Below, one piece after another: positions 39,112 through 48,997 of a stretch of 64,000 nt of DNA. Each line of letters begins with the position of its first letter. The first letter of the stretch is position 1. The notes under the pieces are model-generated. The model was given only the letters and a program-made list of their open reading frames with translations. It did not search any database and was not told where the DNA came from. The translations under genes and the position numbers were made by a program. The stretch is taken from contig CAVZJB010000016.1 of the NCBI GenBank assembly GCA_963775425.1, forward strand, positions 480,001 to 544,000, read 5' to 3'. The DNA comes from an uncultured delta proteobacterium (GTDB taxonomy: Bacteria; Myxococcota; UBA727; VGSZ01).

Positions 39112-39893
39112 GGCGTCCCCCCGAGGATCAGGGCGAGCAGGCCCTCGGGGTTGTCGGTGTGCAGCCAGTGCCCCGCGTCCGGGAGCGCGTGGTACGCCGC
39201 CGGCGACCGCTCCGCGCGCGCGACGTCGTCGTCGTTGAAGCGATCCGATCGAGCCGCGCGCACCAGGTGCAGCGGCGCTGCGCCGGCGGGCGGGTGCTCC
39301 ACGGCGGGCCACAGATCGAGCGCGCCGAACGACGCCAGCATCTCCGGGATCGCCGTGAGGTCGAAGCGCCAGACGAAGCCCTCGCCGTCCGCCTCGCGCA
39401 GGTTGGTGGTCATCCACTGCGCCAGGGGCTCCGACAGCCCCCGCGCGCGCAACTGCTCCACGAGGGCGCGGCGGCTCTCCACCGGCATCGGCAACGACGA
39501 CACGATCGCGATCACGCGCTCCACGTCGCTCCCGCCGGCGAGGGCCCGCGGGCCCGGGGGCGCGTCGAGGATCCACGCCGTGATCGCGGGGTGGTCACGC
39601 CAGCACACGAGCGCGACCTTGCCGCCGTAGGAGTGCCCGACGACGACGTCGCCGGCGCCGAGCCCGGGCAGGAGATCGGCCACGTCGCCGGCGCACGCCT
39701 CGACGGTGTGCGGCGGCGAGAAGCCGTGTGAGTCGCCGTGGTTCCTCAGGTCCGCGATCACGGCGCGAAACGCCGGACGCGCCGCGACCAGCTTCTTGGC
39801 GAAGCTGCGCCAGTTGTTTCTCGAGCCGAGGATGCCGTGCAGGAACACGACGGTGCGGGGGCCGTCGCCGATGACGTCGTGGGCGAGCTTCAC
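39108..39893 (-). CDS. Alpha/beta-fold esterase (YbfF/ABHD11-like)
   Basis: LHGILGSRNNW, DLRNHGDS, GHSYGGK, AGHWLHTDNP. Confidence 0.9.
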   Translation of the reverse strand: MKLAHDVIGDGPRTVVFLHGILGSRNNWRSFAKKLVAARPAFRAVIADLRNHGDSHGFSPPHTVEACAGDVADLLPGLGAGDVVVGHSYGGKVALVCWRDHPAITAWILDAPPGPRALAGGSDVERVIAIVSSLPMPVESRRALVEQLRARGLSEPLAQWMTTNLREADGEGFVWRFDLTAIPEMLASFGALDLWPAVEHPPAGAAPLHLVRAARSDRFNDDDVARAERSPAAYHALPDAGHWLHTDNPEGLLALILGGTP

Positions 39894-39903
39894 CCGCCCC
39901 GGT

Positions 39904-40263
39904 CTACGTCTTTTTCTTCAGCTCGGCGACGACCTTGGCGGTGCGCGCGTTCTGCGCCCGCGGGCCGCGCCGCGACTTGCCGGCGGGGACGTCGGGGAGG
40001 TCGTCGATGCGGCCGCTCTCGACGTAGGCGCGCACCTCCATCTCGAAGAGCTGGGCCATCAGCTCGTCGGTGACGCCGTTTGTGGGGAGCTGCGCCTGCG
40101 CCTTGACCGAGACGCCGTGGTGCATGCGCACGACGGCCTCCTCGAGCGAGGTGAGCACCTTTCCGGACTTGGCTTCCAGGCTCGTCACGCGGCGGGTCTC
40201 CTTGACCTTCTCCGTCGTCGCGGTGGTGGCGGTCTTGCCTTTGCTGGTCGTCTTGCGGGCCAT
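39904..40263 (-). CDS. Small basic hypothetical protein with sigma70 region 4-like segment
   Basis: Good RBS (GGAG), Lys-rich ends, LTSLEEAVVRMHHG...EMEVRAY. Confidence 0.7.
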   Translation of the reverse strand: MARKTTSKGKTATTATTEKVKETRRVTSLEAKSGKVLTSLEEAVVRMHHGVSVKAQAQLPTNGVTDELMAQLFEMEVRAYVESGRIDDLPDVPAGKSRRGPRAQNARTAKVVAELKKKT

Positions 40264-40341
40264 GCCGTCTCCGCCTCCGTGCGCGTGAACAGAGGGTAGG
40301 GGGGGTCCGGGGCGAAGGCAAGTTTGCGACCCGCGGGGATG

Positions 40342-41141
40342 TCAGCGGTCCGCGGCGCAGCGGAACCCCACGCTGTCCTTGGAGATGTGGGGATTGAGGG
40401 AGGTCCGGGAGGTGGAGCGCAGCAGGTACTCGCCGTTGCTCGACCAGGACCCGCCGCGGACCACCTTGCTGCCCGTGTCTTCCTGCGGGCCCTTGGGGTT
40501 CGTGCCCGGGCTCTTTTGGTACCAGGTGGCCTCGTACCAGTCGGCGGTCCACTCGGCGACGTTGCCGCCCATGTCCATCACGCCGTAGCCCGAGGCCCCC
40601 GCCGGGTACGAGCCCACCGGCGCCGTGCGCTCGAAGCCGTCGCGCACGCCGGCGGCGTTGGCCTTTTGGGGATCCCAGAAGCCGGGCCACGGGAACTTGT
40701 CCATCTTGGGCGCCCGCGCCGCGTACTCCCACTCGGCCTCGGTGGGCAGCCGCTTGCCGACCCACTCGCAATACTTCTCGGCGTCGTACCAGTTGACGCC
40801 GACGACGGGGTGCTTGTCGGGATCCTGGAGATCGGCGTCGGCGTCGTTCTTGGGGATGTGGCGGCACACGCGCGCGTCGGCGCAGCGCGCGTAGTCGCCG
40901 CGCGTGACCTCGAGCTTGTCGATGTAGAAGCCCTTGAGCTCCACCTTGTGCGGCGGGTACTCGTCGGCCTCGGCGTTTTGCGCGCCCATGTCGTAGACGC
41001 CGCCCGGGATCTTCACCATGGCGTCGCGGCTCATGAGGTCGCCCGGTGCCGTGCCCTTTCCGCTGTTCTTGAACGCGAAGCTGGTGCACCCGGCGAGGGC
41101 GGCGACGGCGACGGCGACGATCACGGCGGGCGCGGGGGTCT

Positions 41142-41145
<4 letters not shown>
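40342..41145 (-). CDS. FGE-sulfatase (SUMF1/CLec-fold) lipoprotein
   Basis: Lipobox LAGC, HPVVGVNWYDA, RLPTEAEWEYAAR, DMGGNVAEW, RGGSW, GFRC. Confidence 0.9.
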
Positions 41146-41855
<710 letters not shown>

Positions 41856-41865
41856 GCGTGGCCTT

Positions 41866-41898
41866 AAAACGAAACGGGCCTGCTTGAAAGCAGGCCCG
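41866..41898 (-). terminator. Rho-independent terminator of the small lipoprotein gene
   Basis: CGGGCCTGCT-TTCA-AGCAGGCCCG followed by TTTCGTTTT on the minus strand. Confidence 0.75.
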
Positions 41899-41921
41899 CC
41901 TCGTCGTGGATCGAACCTCGC

Positions 41922-42281
41922 CTACTTGACGGCGATGCCGCTCGCCATCGCCGGGGGCAGCGAGATGATGCCGCCCGCGAGCGCGAAGATGAGGCCGTGC
42001 TTCGGCATCTCCATCGCGGTCAGGATCTGCACCTTGTTGCCGCCGAGCGCCTTGGCCTCCGCCACCATCATCTTGTTGACGACGGTGTCGAGGCTGGCCT
42101 CGGTGATGGTGATGAAGTGGAAGATGGCCGTAAGACCGAGCGCGGTGCACTGCACGACCGCGACGGCTTCACCGTTCGAGGTGGCGATGGTCGCCGGATC
42201 GACCTTGGCGGACTCGACGCTCTGGCACGCCATGGTCGTGAGCGCGAGCGACGCAACGAGAGCAACGAGAAGCTTCTTCAT
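41922..42281 (-). CDS. Small lipoprotein
   Basis: MKKLLVALVASLALTTMAC lipobox, GGAG RBS, own terminator, upstream TTGACA. Confidence 0.75.
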   Translation of the reverse strand: MKKLLVALVASLALTTMACQSVESAKVDPATIATSNGEAVAVVQCTALGLTAIFHFITITEASLDTVVNKMMVAEAKALGGNKVQILTAMEMPKHGLIFALAGGIISLPPAMASGIAVK

Positions 42282-42401
42282 CGAAAATCTCCATTCGCCA
42301 CGTGTGGTTGGTGCACGGGCGGGCGCATCCTCCACGAGGATCCAAGGTTGTGTCAACCGAATCCACGCGTTCGTGCGTCACATAGTTTCAAGCTCGTCGA
42401 G

Positions 42402-43787
42402 TCAGCGGGCGATGCGATCGATGGCCCGGGCGAGATCGGAGGCGCTTCTCACCACGAAGATCGCATCGGCATGACGCGCGTACCGGACCATCTCCGAGTC
42501 GCCGAAGCCCCAGGTCCCGCGGTCCTCCGGAGACAGCCACAGCACCCGCCGCGAACGTCGACGGACCTCCCCGAGGATCCAGTCCTCCGGCGGCCGGTAA
42601 TTGCTGCGGCCGTCACCCAGGATCACGACCGTGGTCTTGCGGGTGAGCTGGCCGCCGCAGGCGTCCCAAAATGCCCTGAAGGCCCGCCCATAGTCCGAGT
42701 TCGCGCCGACGGGGACGACGTCGCCTCCGAGGATGGCCTCCACCGGGTCGCCGGCGCGCGAGGCAAACAGGGACGTCACCTCGCCGATGCGATCGACGAA
42801 GACGAACGAGCGCGCGCGCCGCAGGACGTCGGAGACGGCGCCCACGAGCTCGAGCATGAAGAGGCTCGCCTGGCGGACCGAGTCGCTCACGTCGCACAGG
42901 AGGATCACGTCGGGGCGCTCCGGGCGCTTGCGTTGCAGGTGCACGCGCATGGGGACCGCGTCGGTGGCGACGCTCGCGCGCAGGATGCGCCGGATGTCGA
43001 GGCGCCCGCGCCGCGACCGCCGCCGCCGGATCACGAGGCGGGCCTTGAGCTTCTCCGCGAGCCGCCGGACCAGCGCGCGCAGCTCCTCGACCTCCTCGGC
43101 CCGCACCGCGCGCAGGTCCCGATCGAGGAGCGATCCCTTGCGCGCGGGTCGGGCCACCGTGCGCTTGTCGTGCTCGAGCTCCACCGCGCGCCGGGCGGTG
43201 CGGCGCAGGCGCTCCTGCAGCTCCCACGCCGCCGACGCCAGCGCGCGATCGCGGGCGGCGTCGCCGGGCAGGAGGGCGGCGCGCGCGCGCATCAGCCGCT
43301 CCTCGACGCCGGTGTGGCCGAGCCGCGTGAGCACGCGCGACGTGAAGTACGCGATCTGCAGCGGGCTCTGCAGGCCCGACAGATCGCTCTCCTCGAGCGC
43401 CTCGCGCACGAGCTCGGTGAGGCGGGCGGCGTCGCCGGCGGCGAGGGCGCCGACGAGGTCCGCGCCCTCGAGCTCGCGGAGCACGGCGGCGATGTCCTCC
43501 TCGCCGAGCCCGCGCTCGCGCAACAGCGCGGCGAGGGGCTTGCCGGCGGCGGCGTCGAGGGCGAAGCCGAAGTGGAGGGCGAAGACCCGCTCGAGGATCT
43601 CCTCCTCGGCGGTCGACTTGGCGAGGGTGGCGGCGAAGACGGCGAGCGCCTGCTCACGACCCGCGAGCATGTCGCCGTCCGCGTCGAGGGCGAGCGCGCG
43701 GAAGCAATCGATGACCTCCTGCTCCGCCGCGCGCACGCCGTTTTTCCGCAGCGCCTCGCAGAAGCCGAGGATCCTCTCGACGCTCAC
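42402..43787 (-). CDS. CoxE-like VWA domain protein
   Basis: LRKNGV, GRLDIRRILRAS, LCDVSDSV (MIDAS), SDYG, ILGDGRSNY, WLSPE. Confidence 0.88.
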   Translation of the reverse strand: MSVERILGFCEALRKNGVRAAEQEVIDCFRALALDADGDMLAGREQALAVFAATLAKSTAEEEILERVFALHFGFALDAAAGKPLAALLRERGLGEEDIAAVLRELEGADLVGALAAGDAARLTELVREALEESDLSGLQSPLQIAYFTSRVLTRLGHTGVEERLMRARAALLPGDAARDRALASAAWELQERLRRTARRAVELEHDKRTVARPARKGSLLDRDLRAVRAEEVEELRALVRRLAEKLKARLVIRRRRSRRGRLDIRRILRASVATDAVPMRVHLQRKRPERPDVILLCDVSDSVRQASLFMLELVGAVSDVLRRARSFVFVDRIGEVTSLFASRAGDPVEAILGGDVVPVGANSDYGRAFRAFWDACGGQLTRKTTVVILGDGRSNYRPPEDWILGEVRRRSRRVLWLSPEDRGTWGFGDSEMVRYARHADAIFVVRSASDLARAIDRIAR

Positions 43788-44092
43788 TCCTCTCCCGCCT
43801 CGAGATCGGGCGGGAGCCCGAGGTGGCGGGGACGCTTGTCCTCGAGCGCCACGCGCGTGACGCTGCTCAGGGGCAACACGATCCAGCGCATCTCCCCGCG
43901 CAGGTAGAGATCACTCTCGTCGGCGCCGATGAGGCGGCCGCGGTAGGTGAAGCCGTTGGCGCGCACGACGACGTCTTCGCCCTTCATGGCTTCGAGCGTG
44001 TACGGCCGCGCGTCGCCCGGCGGCTCGCGCCGCTCGACGACCACGGCGAAGCCCGCGGGCACGACCTCGTCGATGTCGTCGTCGTCGGGCAC
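43784..44092 (-). CDS. Small Sm/LSm-fold-like protein
   Basis: GEDVVVRANGFTYRGRLIGADESDLYL...LPLSSVTRV; GTGA overlap with the VWA gene. Confidence 0.6.
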   Translation of the reverse strand: MPDDDDIDEVVPAGFAVVVERREPPGDARPYTLEAMKGEDVVVRANGFTYRGRLIGADESDLYLRGEMRWIVLPLSSVTRVALEDKRPRHLGLPPDLEAGEE

Positions 44093-44101
44093 GCGTCGAG
44101 T

Positions 44102-44668
44102 CTAGCGCGCGCGGCTGCGCAGCAGCTCGCCGAGCAACGAGCGCGCGTCGTCGGCCATGCCGACGAGCTCGATGCCCATGCCCGCGCGTGCGTCCCTCAG
44201 GCCACCGAACGGGGTGACCCAACGAACGCGGCCGGAGAGGCGCAGGCGGCGGCCGTCCTCGAGCGGCAGGTGGAGCACGACGGGGTCGCCGACGTCGAGC
44301 GGTCGCGCGGTCTCGATGAAGACCCCGTGCATCGACGCGTCGCGCACGCGGTCGCCCGCGTCGAGCCCGAAGAAGCCGCTGAGCTGCACCGGCGCGTCGA
44401 CGGGGACGCGGGGGTCGCGCCGGGCGATGGGGTACTCCCCGAGGTCGTCGTCGGCGTCGAGGTCGATCTCGATGGCCTCGACCTCGGACACGTCCTCGGG
44501 CACAGCCGGAGGCTGCGGCGCTGCCGCTGCCTGCGGCGCTGCCTCAGCCTGCGGCGCTGCCTCAGCCTGCGGCGCTGCTTCAGCCTGCGGCGCCGCTTCA
44601 GCCTGCGACGACGGGGCGCCCGCGGTGTGCGCAGCCCTCAGGCGCGCCTTCTTCTTCCTCCCGGCCAT
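44102..44668 (-). CDS. PilZ domain protein
   Basis: RRDPR, DASMHG, GRVRW, GMGIE; QAEAAP repeats at the N-terminus. Confidence 0.85.
   Translation of the reverse strand: MAGRKKKARLRAAHTAGAPSSQAEAAPQAEAAPQAEAAPQAEAAPQAAAAPQPPAVPEDVSEVEAIEIDLDADDDLGEYPIARRDPRVPVDAPVQLSGFFGLDAGDRVRDASMHGVFIETARPLDVGDPVVLHLPLEDGRRLRLSGRVRWVTPFGGLRDARAGMGIELVGMADDARSLLGELLRSRAR
44511..44607. repeat. 18-bp in-frame repeat (QAEAAP x ~5) in the PilZ gene
   Basis: GCCTGCGGCGCTGCCTCA units. Confidence 0.85.
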
Positions 44669-44732
44669 CGCCCCCGTGTACCCGCGCGTTTGTTGGCCTC
44701 AAAGGGGGCGTTCCCAGTAGAGTCGTTCGCGC

Positions 44733-45191
44733 ATGGATGATGTGTTTGCGTTCCTCAAGGCGAACCCGCTTCTGCGCGGCTTCTCCGATGACGGTGTGCG
44801 CATCATCCAGGCCGTGGCGGCTCCCCGCCAGCTCGAAGACGGCATGCCCATCTTCGTCGAGCGCATGATGGGCGAGAGCGCGTTCCTCCTGTGCCACGGG
44901 GAGGTCACCCTCCACGCCACCCGGCAAAACGTCGAGCGCGAGATCGGCATCCTCACCGCGCCCGACTCCTTCGGCGAGCTCTCGCTTCTGCAGCCCGGCC
45001 CCCGCCGCGTCACCGCCAAGGCGCGCGGCACCGTCCTCCTCCTCGAGATCCCCCGCCGCGACTTCGGCCGCCTTCAGCAGCAGCGGCCGCAGGCCTGCCT
45101 CAAGTTCACGGTGAACATCACCGAGTCGTTCGCCCAGAAGAGCCTCGCCGCCGCCGGCGTCCTCGAGCGCCTGGTCGAGCTCACGTCCTGA
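44733..45191 (+). CDS. Stand-alone cyclic-nucleotide-binding domain protein
   Basis: FGELSLLQPGPRRVTA phosphate-binding cassette. Confidence 0.88.
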   Translation: MDDVFAFLKANPLLRGFSDDGVRIIQAVAAPRQLEDGMPIFVERMMGESAFLLCHGEVTLHATRQNVEREIGILTAPDSFGELSLLQPGPRRVTAKARGTVLLLEIPRRDFGRLQQQRPQACLKFTVNITESFAQKSLAAAGVLERLVELTS

Positions 45192-45206
45192 GCCGGCGGG
45201 AGCGCG

Positions 45207-46475
45207 TCACTCCACCGGCACCACGAACGGCGAGCTGCGCAGCACCTCACCCTGCCCGTCCGTGAGCGTCGTGTCGTCCTGCGCCGCGAAGTACATCAGG
45301 TTGTTGCGCGCGCTGTCGTCGTCGGGCGTGTCGGTGATGCTGTCGACGACGGGGTTGGCGCCGAACACGTTCGACTCCTTCGTGTGGTAGAGCCCGAGGA
45401 AGTGCCCCATCTCGTGGGCCATCACCACGCCCAGCGCCCGCGCGTCACCGCCGGCGAAGCTCGTGGCCACCGCCACGCCGGAGTGCCGCGAGCCGTGCAC
45501 CAGCGGCAAGCCGGGGATGCCCGCCGCGATGCCGCCGATGGCGGAGCCGACGTCGGCGCCGTTCACCACGCAGTGGAAGGTGTCGATGAAGAACAGGTCG
45601 ACGCCGCGCTCGTCGCCGGCGCCGGCGCCCACCACGGAGTCGAGGTCGCCGCCCTCGCAGCGGTTGTCGAGCAGGTTGACGCTCGCGAGGCCCGAATCGA
45701 TGTCCTTGAGCCGCACCGTGCCGATGTCGATGCCGACCTGGCCGTACGCCTCGCGCACGACGTCGAGCGCGCCCTGGACCAGCGCGTTGTTCGGCGCGTT
45801 GTCCGCCGTGATGCCGCCGGTGAAGTGCACGTTCAGATCGAGGACGCCGTGCGCCGGCGCCCTCCCCTTCACGAGCAACACGACGCGCACCGGTCAATCC
45901 ACCGGCGCCTTCCGCGGCGGCTGCGCGAGCACGTTCACGCTGTACTGGCCCACCCGCAGCGTCCAGCGGCCCGACAGCGGCTCGATGTCGGGCGTGTTCG
46001 GCAACAGGAACGCCCCGGAGCCCTCGGAGCCGAGCACGCGGTTGATCGAGTACACCTGCGCGGGGAAGCCGCGCGCGAAGGAGAGGTGCGCGGCGTCGAG
46101 CTGCGGCGGATCCTCGTCGCTGACGACGGCGGCGCCGTCGGGGTCCTCCGCGCGCTCGAGGATCACCGTGTCGCCCGGGTGCCCGTACACGAGGACGGTC
46201 ATGGCCCCGAGGCCGCTGACGTCGACGAAGATGTCGCCGCTGTGCCCGTCTTTGATGCCGAGCACGCCGAGGTCGATGACCTGCACGCCGTCGGGCACGT
46301 CCGTCGGCAGCAGCGCCTCCACGTCGGGCGCGTCGCCGGGGTCGGCGGCGGGGGCGTCGGCGGCCACCGACGCGCTCACGTCGAGCGGCTGGTGCTCGGG
46401 CGGGTTGTCCGGCGGCGGCGTGGGACAGCCGAAGAGCGCGACGGTGCACACGACGAGGACCGCAGCGGCGCGCAT
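45207..46475 (-). pseudogene. Zinc metalloprotease lipoprotein (M43/pappalysin-like) with in-frame TGA at 45894-45896
   Basis: Lipobox LFGC; both ORF halves are in the same frame (VD-TGA-PVRV); HEMGHFLGLYH and NLM Met-turn. Confidence 0.75.
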
Positions 46476-46521
46476 CCGGCGATAGTGCCACGCGGGCGCC
46501 GCCGTCGCCACCGGACGGCCG

Positions 46522-46878
46522 CTACATGTGCGCGGCGAGCGCCGCGGCCGCCCGCGGGATGTCGAAGCGCACCGCGCCGTCGCGGGAGCGCGCCGCGAGG
46601 CACAAGAGGTAATAGCCGCTGTCCACCGTGGCGATCCACACCGCGCGCCCGTCGAACAGCACGCGCACGGCGCAGCCCTCGGGGATGGACGGCGCCACGG
46701 CGGCGCAAGCGGCGCCCATGAGGTCGAGGTCGTACGGGTCGACGCCGTCGAGGGCGAAGCTGTCGACGCGCTCGCCCTCCTCGTCGCAAAAGATCGCGGC
46801 ACACAACGCCGGCGCGTGCGTCTCCACGAGCGTCGCAAGGATCGCGCGAAACGGCAGCACCCGGCCGTTTTCGCACAT
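46522..46878 (-). CDS. Roadblock/LC7 (MglB-like) protein
   Basis: FRAILATLV, AAIFCDEEGERVD, GYYLL, GAVRF. Confidence 0.7.
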   Translation of the reverse strand: MCENGRVLPFRAILATLVETHAPALCAAIFCDEEGERVDSFALDGVDPYDLDLMGAACAAVAPSIPEGCAVRVLFDGRAVWIATVDSGYYLLCLAARSRDGAVRFDIPRAAAALAAHM

Positions 46879-46905
46879 CCCCGCCCGGAGGGAGCGGGCG
46901 CTGCG

Positions 46906-48873
46906 CTACGTGCGGGGCCGCAGGAACGGGCGCGCCCGCCGGGCGACGCTCGCCGGGTCCGTCATCGGCGGCGAGCAGAACGACGCGCCGCACAGGTAGA
47001 GCGCGGGCTTGCCGAGGTCCGGGAACTTTGCGCCCGGCGCCACCGTCTCGATGAGGCGGTGGGGCGCGTAGACGTCGAGCGCGGCGCGGTACAGCGCGCG
47101 GCTCGCGGCGTCGCCGGCGTGGGCGGTGACGACGGCGAAGTGCAGCGGCTCCGCCCGCGCCTCCTCCAGCGCCAACACATACGGCCCGATCATGCGCCCC
47201 TCCTCGCGCACCGCCGGCTCGTCCGCGAACGCGGCGAGGATCTGCGCGGCGGCGCCCTCGAGCGCGGCGTCGTCGTCAAGGCGCCCGAGCTTTTGCAGGA
47301 AGCGCGCGGCCTCGGCGTTGGCGCGAAGCGGCCGGCGCGCGTCGAGGTCGAACACGCTGTCGTCGCGCGCGTGCTCGAGGAGGGCACCGCCTTCGCCGTC
47401 GCGCAGCCGCAGCAACGCCTTGGCGACGGCGCGGGCCTCTACGCGGAAGCGCGCGTCGCCGGTGGCCTCGTACAGCGCGAGCGCGGCCCGCGCCATGGCG
47501 ACGTCGTCCGCGAGGTGCTCCAACGGCCGGCCGGCGTCGTGCAGGAAGCCGCCGTCGTGGCGATGGGTGGCGCAGACGGCGTCGAAGGCGCGCGTTGCGT
47601 CGGCGACGACGGCGTCGTCGTGGACCGCGGCGCCGAAGCGGGCCATGCCGGTGATGATGCGCCCGTTGTGCGACGCGTAGACGTGGCGATCGACGAACGG
47701 GGCGCCGGCCTTGTCGCGGTCGGCGCGGGACAACGCGTACCAGCTCTTCCCCACCACGAACGGCCGATCGCCGCGGGTGCCGACGTCGGCGTCCTGGTTC
47801 GCGTAGAACGCCCCCGACGGCGCCCGCAGCGTGGTGGTGAGGTAGCGGTGGATGAGGCGGCCGGCGGCCTCGAAGCGCGCGGCCGCGGCGTCGTCGCCGG
47901 CGGCGCGGGCGGCGCGGACGGCGAGGGCGAAGGTGCCGAGCGCGTCGCCGTTTATCGCCGCGAGCTTCTCGTAGTGGGGCGCGGTCCACACGCCGTCCAG
48001 CGAGTACTGGAACATGCCGCCGTCGACGGGGTCGACCAGCGCCCGCTCGCGATCGACCGTGAACAACGCGCGATCGCGCGCGCCGTTGTCGCCGGTGAGG
48101 AACGCGCGCAACAGCGCCTCCTCCGGCGGCGCGTACAGCGGGTACTTCTGCACGCGGCCCCAGCCGCCCTGGGCCTCGTCGTAGACCGCGTCGAGCTGCT
48201 CGCGCGCGAACGCTTCGGTGGCGGCGAGGCGGTCGGCGCCCGCGGCGCCGCCGGCGGTCGGCGCGGCGCCCGCGGCGACGGAGGCCCGCGGGCCGGCGAC
48301 GCTGGCGCGCGAGAGGTGCTCTCCCGCGTCGATCTTGTCGACGAGCGAGCGCAGGAGCGCGAGGAACGCGGTCTTTTCCTGGTAGCCGCGCAGCTCCGTG
48401 ATGGGCGCGCCGTCGGGGCCGAGGAGCGCGATGGCGGGCCAGCCCCAGTCGGCGTAGCGCTCGGCGAGGTCGGGGCGCGCGTCGGCGTCCTCGCGCACGG
48501 CGACGAAGCGGTCGGCGACCAGCGCGCGCACGGCCGGATCCGACCAGGTCTCGTCGTCCATCACGTGGCACCAGTGGCACCACTCGGTGGCGACGGTGAC
48601 GACGATGATCTTGTGGTCGGCCCGCGCCTCGTCGAAGCTCGCGCGGTCCCAGTGCCGCCACGCGATCGCGGCGACCGCGGCGTGGCGCGCGCCCGCCGCG
48701 TCGTGGGCGGCGCCGCCGCGGGGCGCGCTTTGGACGCGCGCGCGCGGGGATGCGCAGCCCGCGACGACAACACAGACCGCGACACACGCGCCGACACACG
48801 CGGCGACAGAGACGACGACAGAGACGACGCCGCCGGTGATGCGGCGGAGGGCGAAGGACCGAGGCGCGTGCAT
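46906..48873 (-). CDS. DUF255 thioredoxin + (alpha/alpha)6 protein (YyaL/SSP411-like), probably a lipoprotein
   Basis: WCHWCHVM, DADARPDL, GWP, DPVDGG, PHYEK, FYANQDAD, LYLC...CSPP. Confidence 0.88.
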   Translation of the reverse strand: MHAPRSFALRRITGGVVSVVVSVAACVGACVAVCVVVAGCASPRARVQSAPRGGAAHDAAGARHAAVAAIAWRHWDRASFDEARADHKIIVVTVATEWCHWCHVMDDETWSDPAVRALVADRFVAVREDADARPDLAERYADWGWPAIALLGPDGAPITELRGYQEKTAFLALLRSLVDKIDAGEHLSRASVAGPRASVAAGAAPTAGGAAGADRLAATEAFAREQLDAVYDEAQGGWGRVQKYPLYAPPEEALLRAFLTGDNGARDRALFTVDRERALVDPVDGGMFQYSLDGVWTAPHYEKLAAINGDALGTFALAVRAARAAGDDAAAARFEAAGRLIHRYLTTTLRAPSGAFYANQDADVGTRGDRPFVVGKSWYALSRADRDKAGAPFVDRHVYASHNGRIITGMARFGAAVHDDAVVADATRAFDAVCATHRHDGGFLHDAGRPLEHLADDVAMARAALALYEATGDARFRVEARAVAKALLRLRDGEGGALLEHARDDSVFDLDARRPLRANAEAARFLQKLGRLDDDAALEGAAAQILAAFADEPAVREEGRMIGPYVLALEEARAEPLHFAVVTAHAGDAASRALYRAALDVYAPHRLIETVAPGAKFPDLGKPALYLCGASFCSPPMTDPASVARRARPFLRPRT

Positions 48874-48997
48874 CGTCCACAGATACGCCCGAAGACGCGC
48901 GTCCGACCGTCGACGCTCTGCGTCGAGATCACCCCGTTGATTCGGCGCGCCATGATGTAGGCCTGCGTGATACATACGCGTGAAGGTCGCATACCCG

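Noticed and set aside
45894-45896. Selenocysteine codon
   Set aside because: No redox-motif context, no convincing SECIS hairpin, and a single CGA>TGA change explains it.
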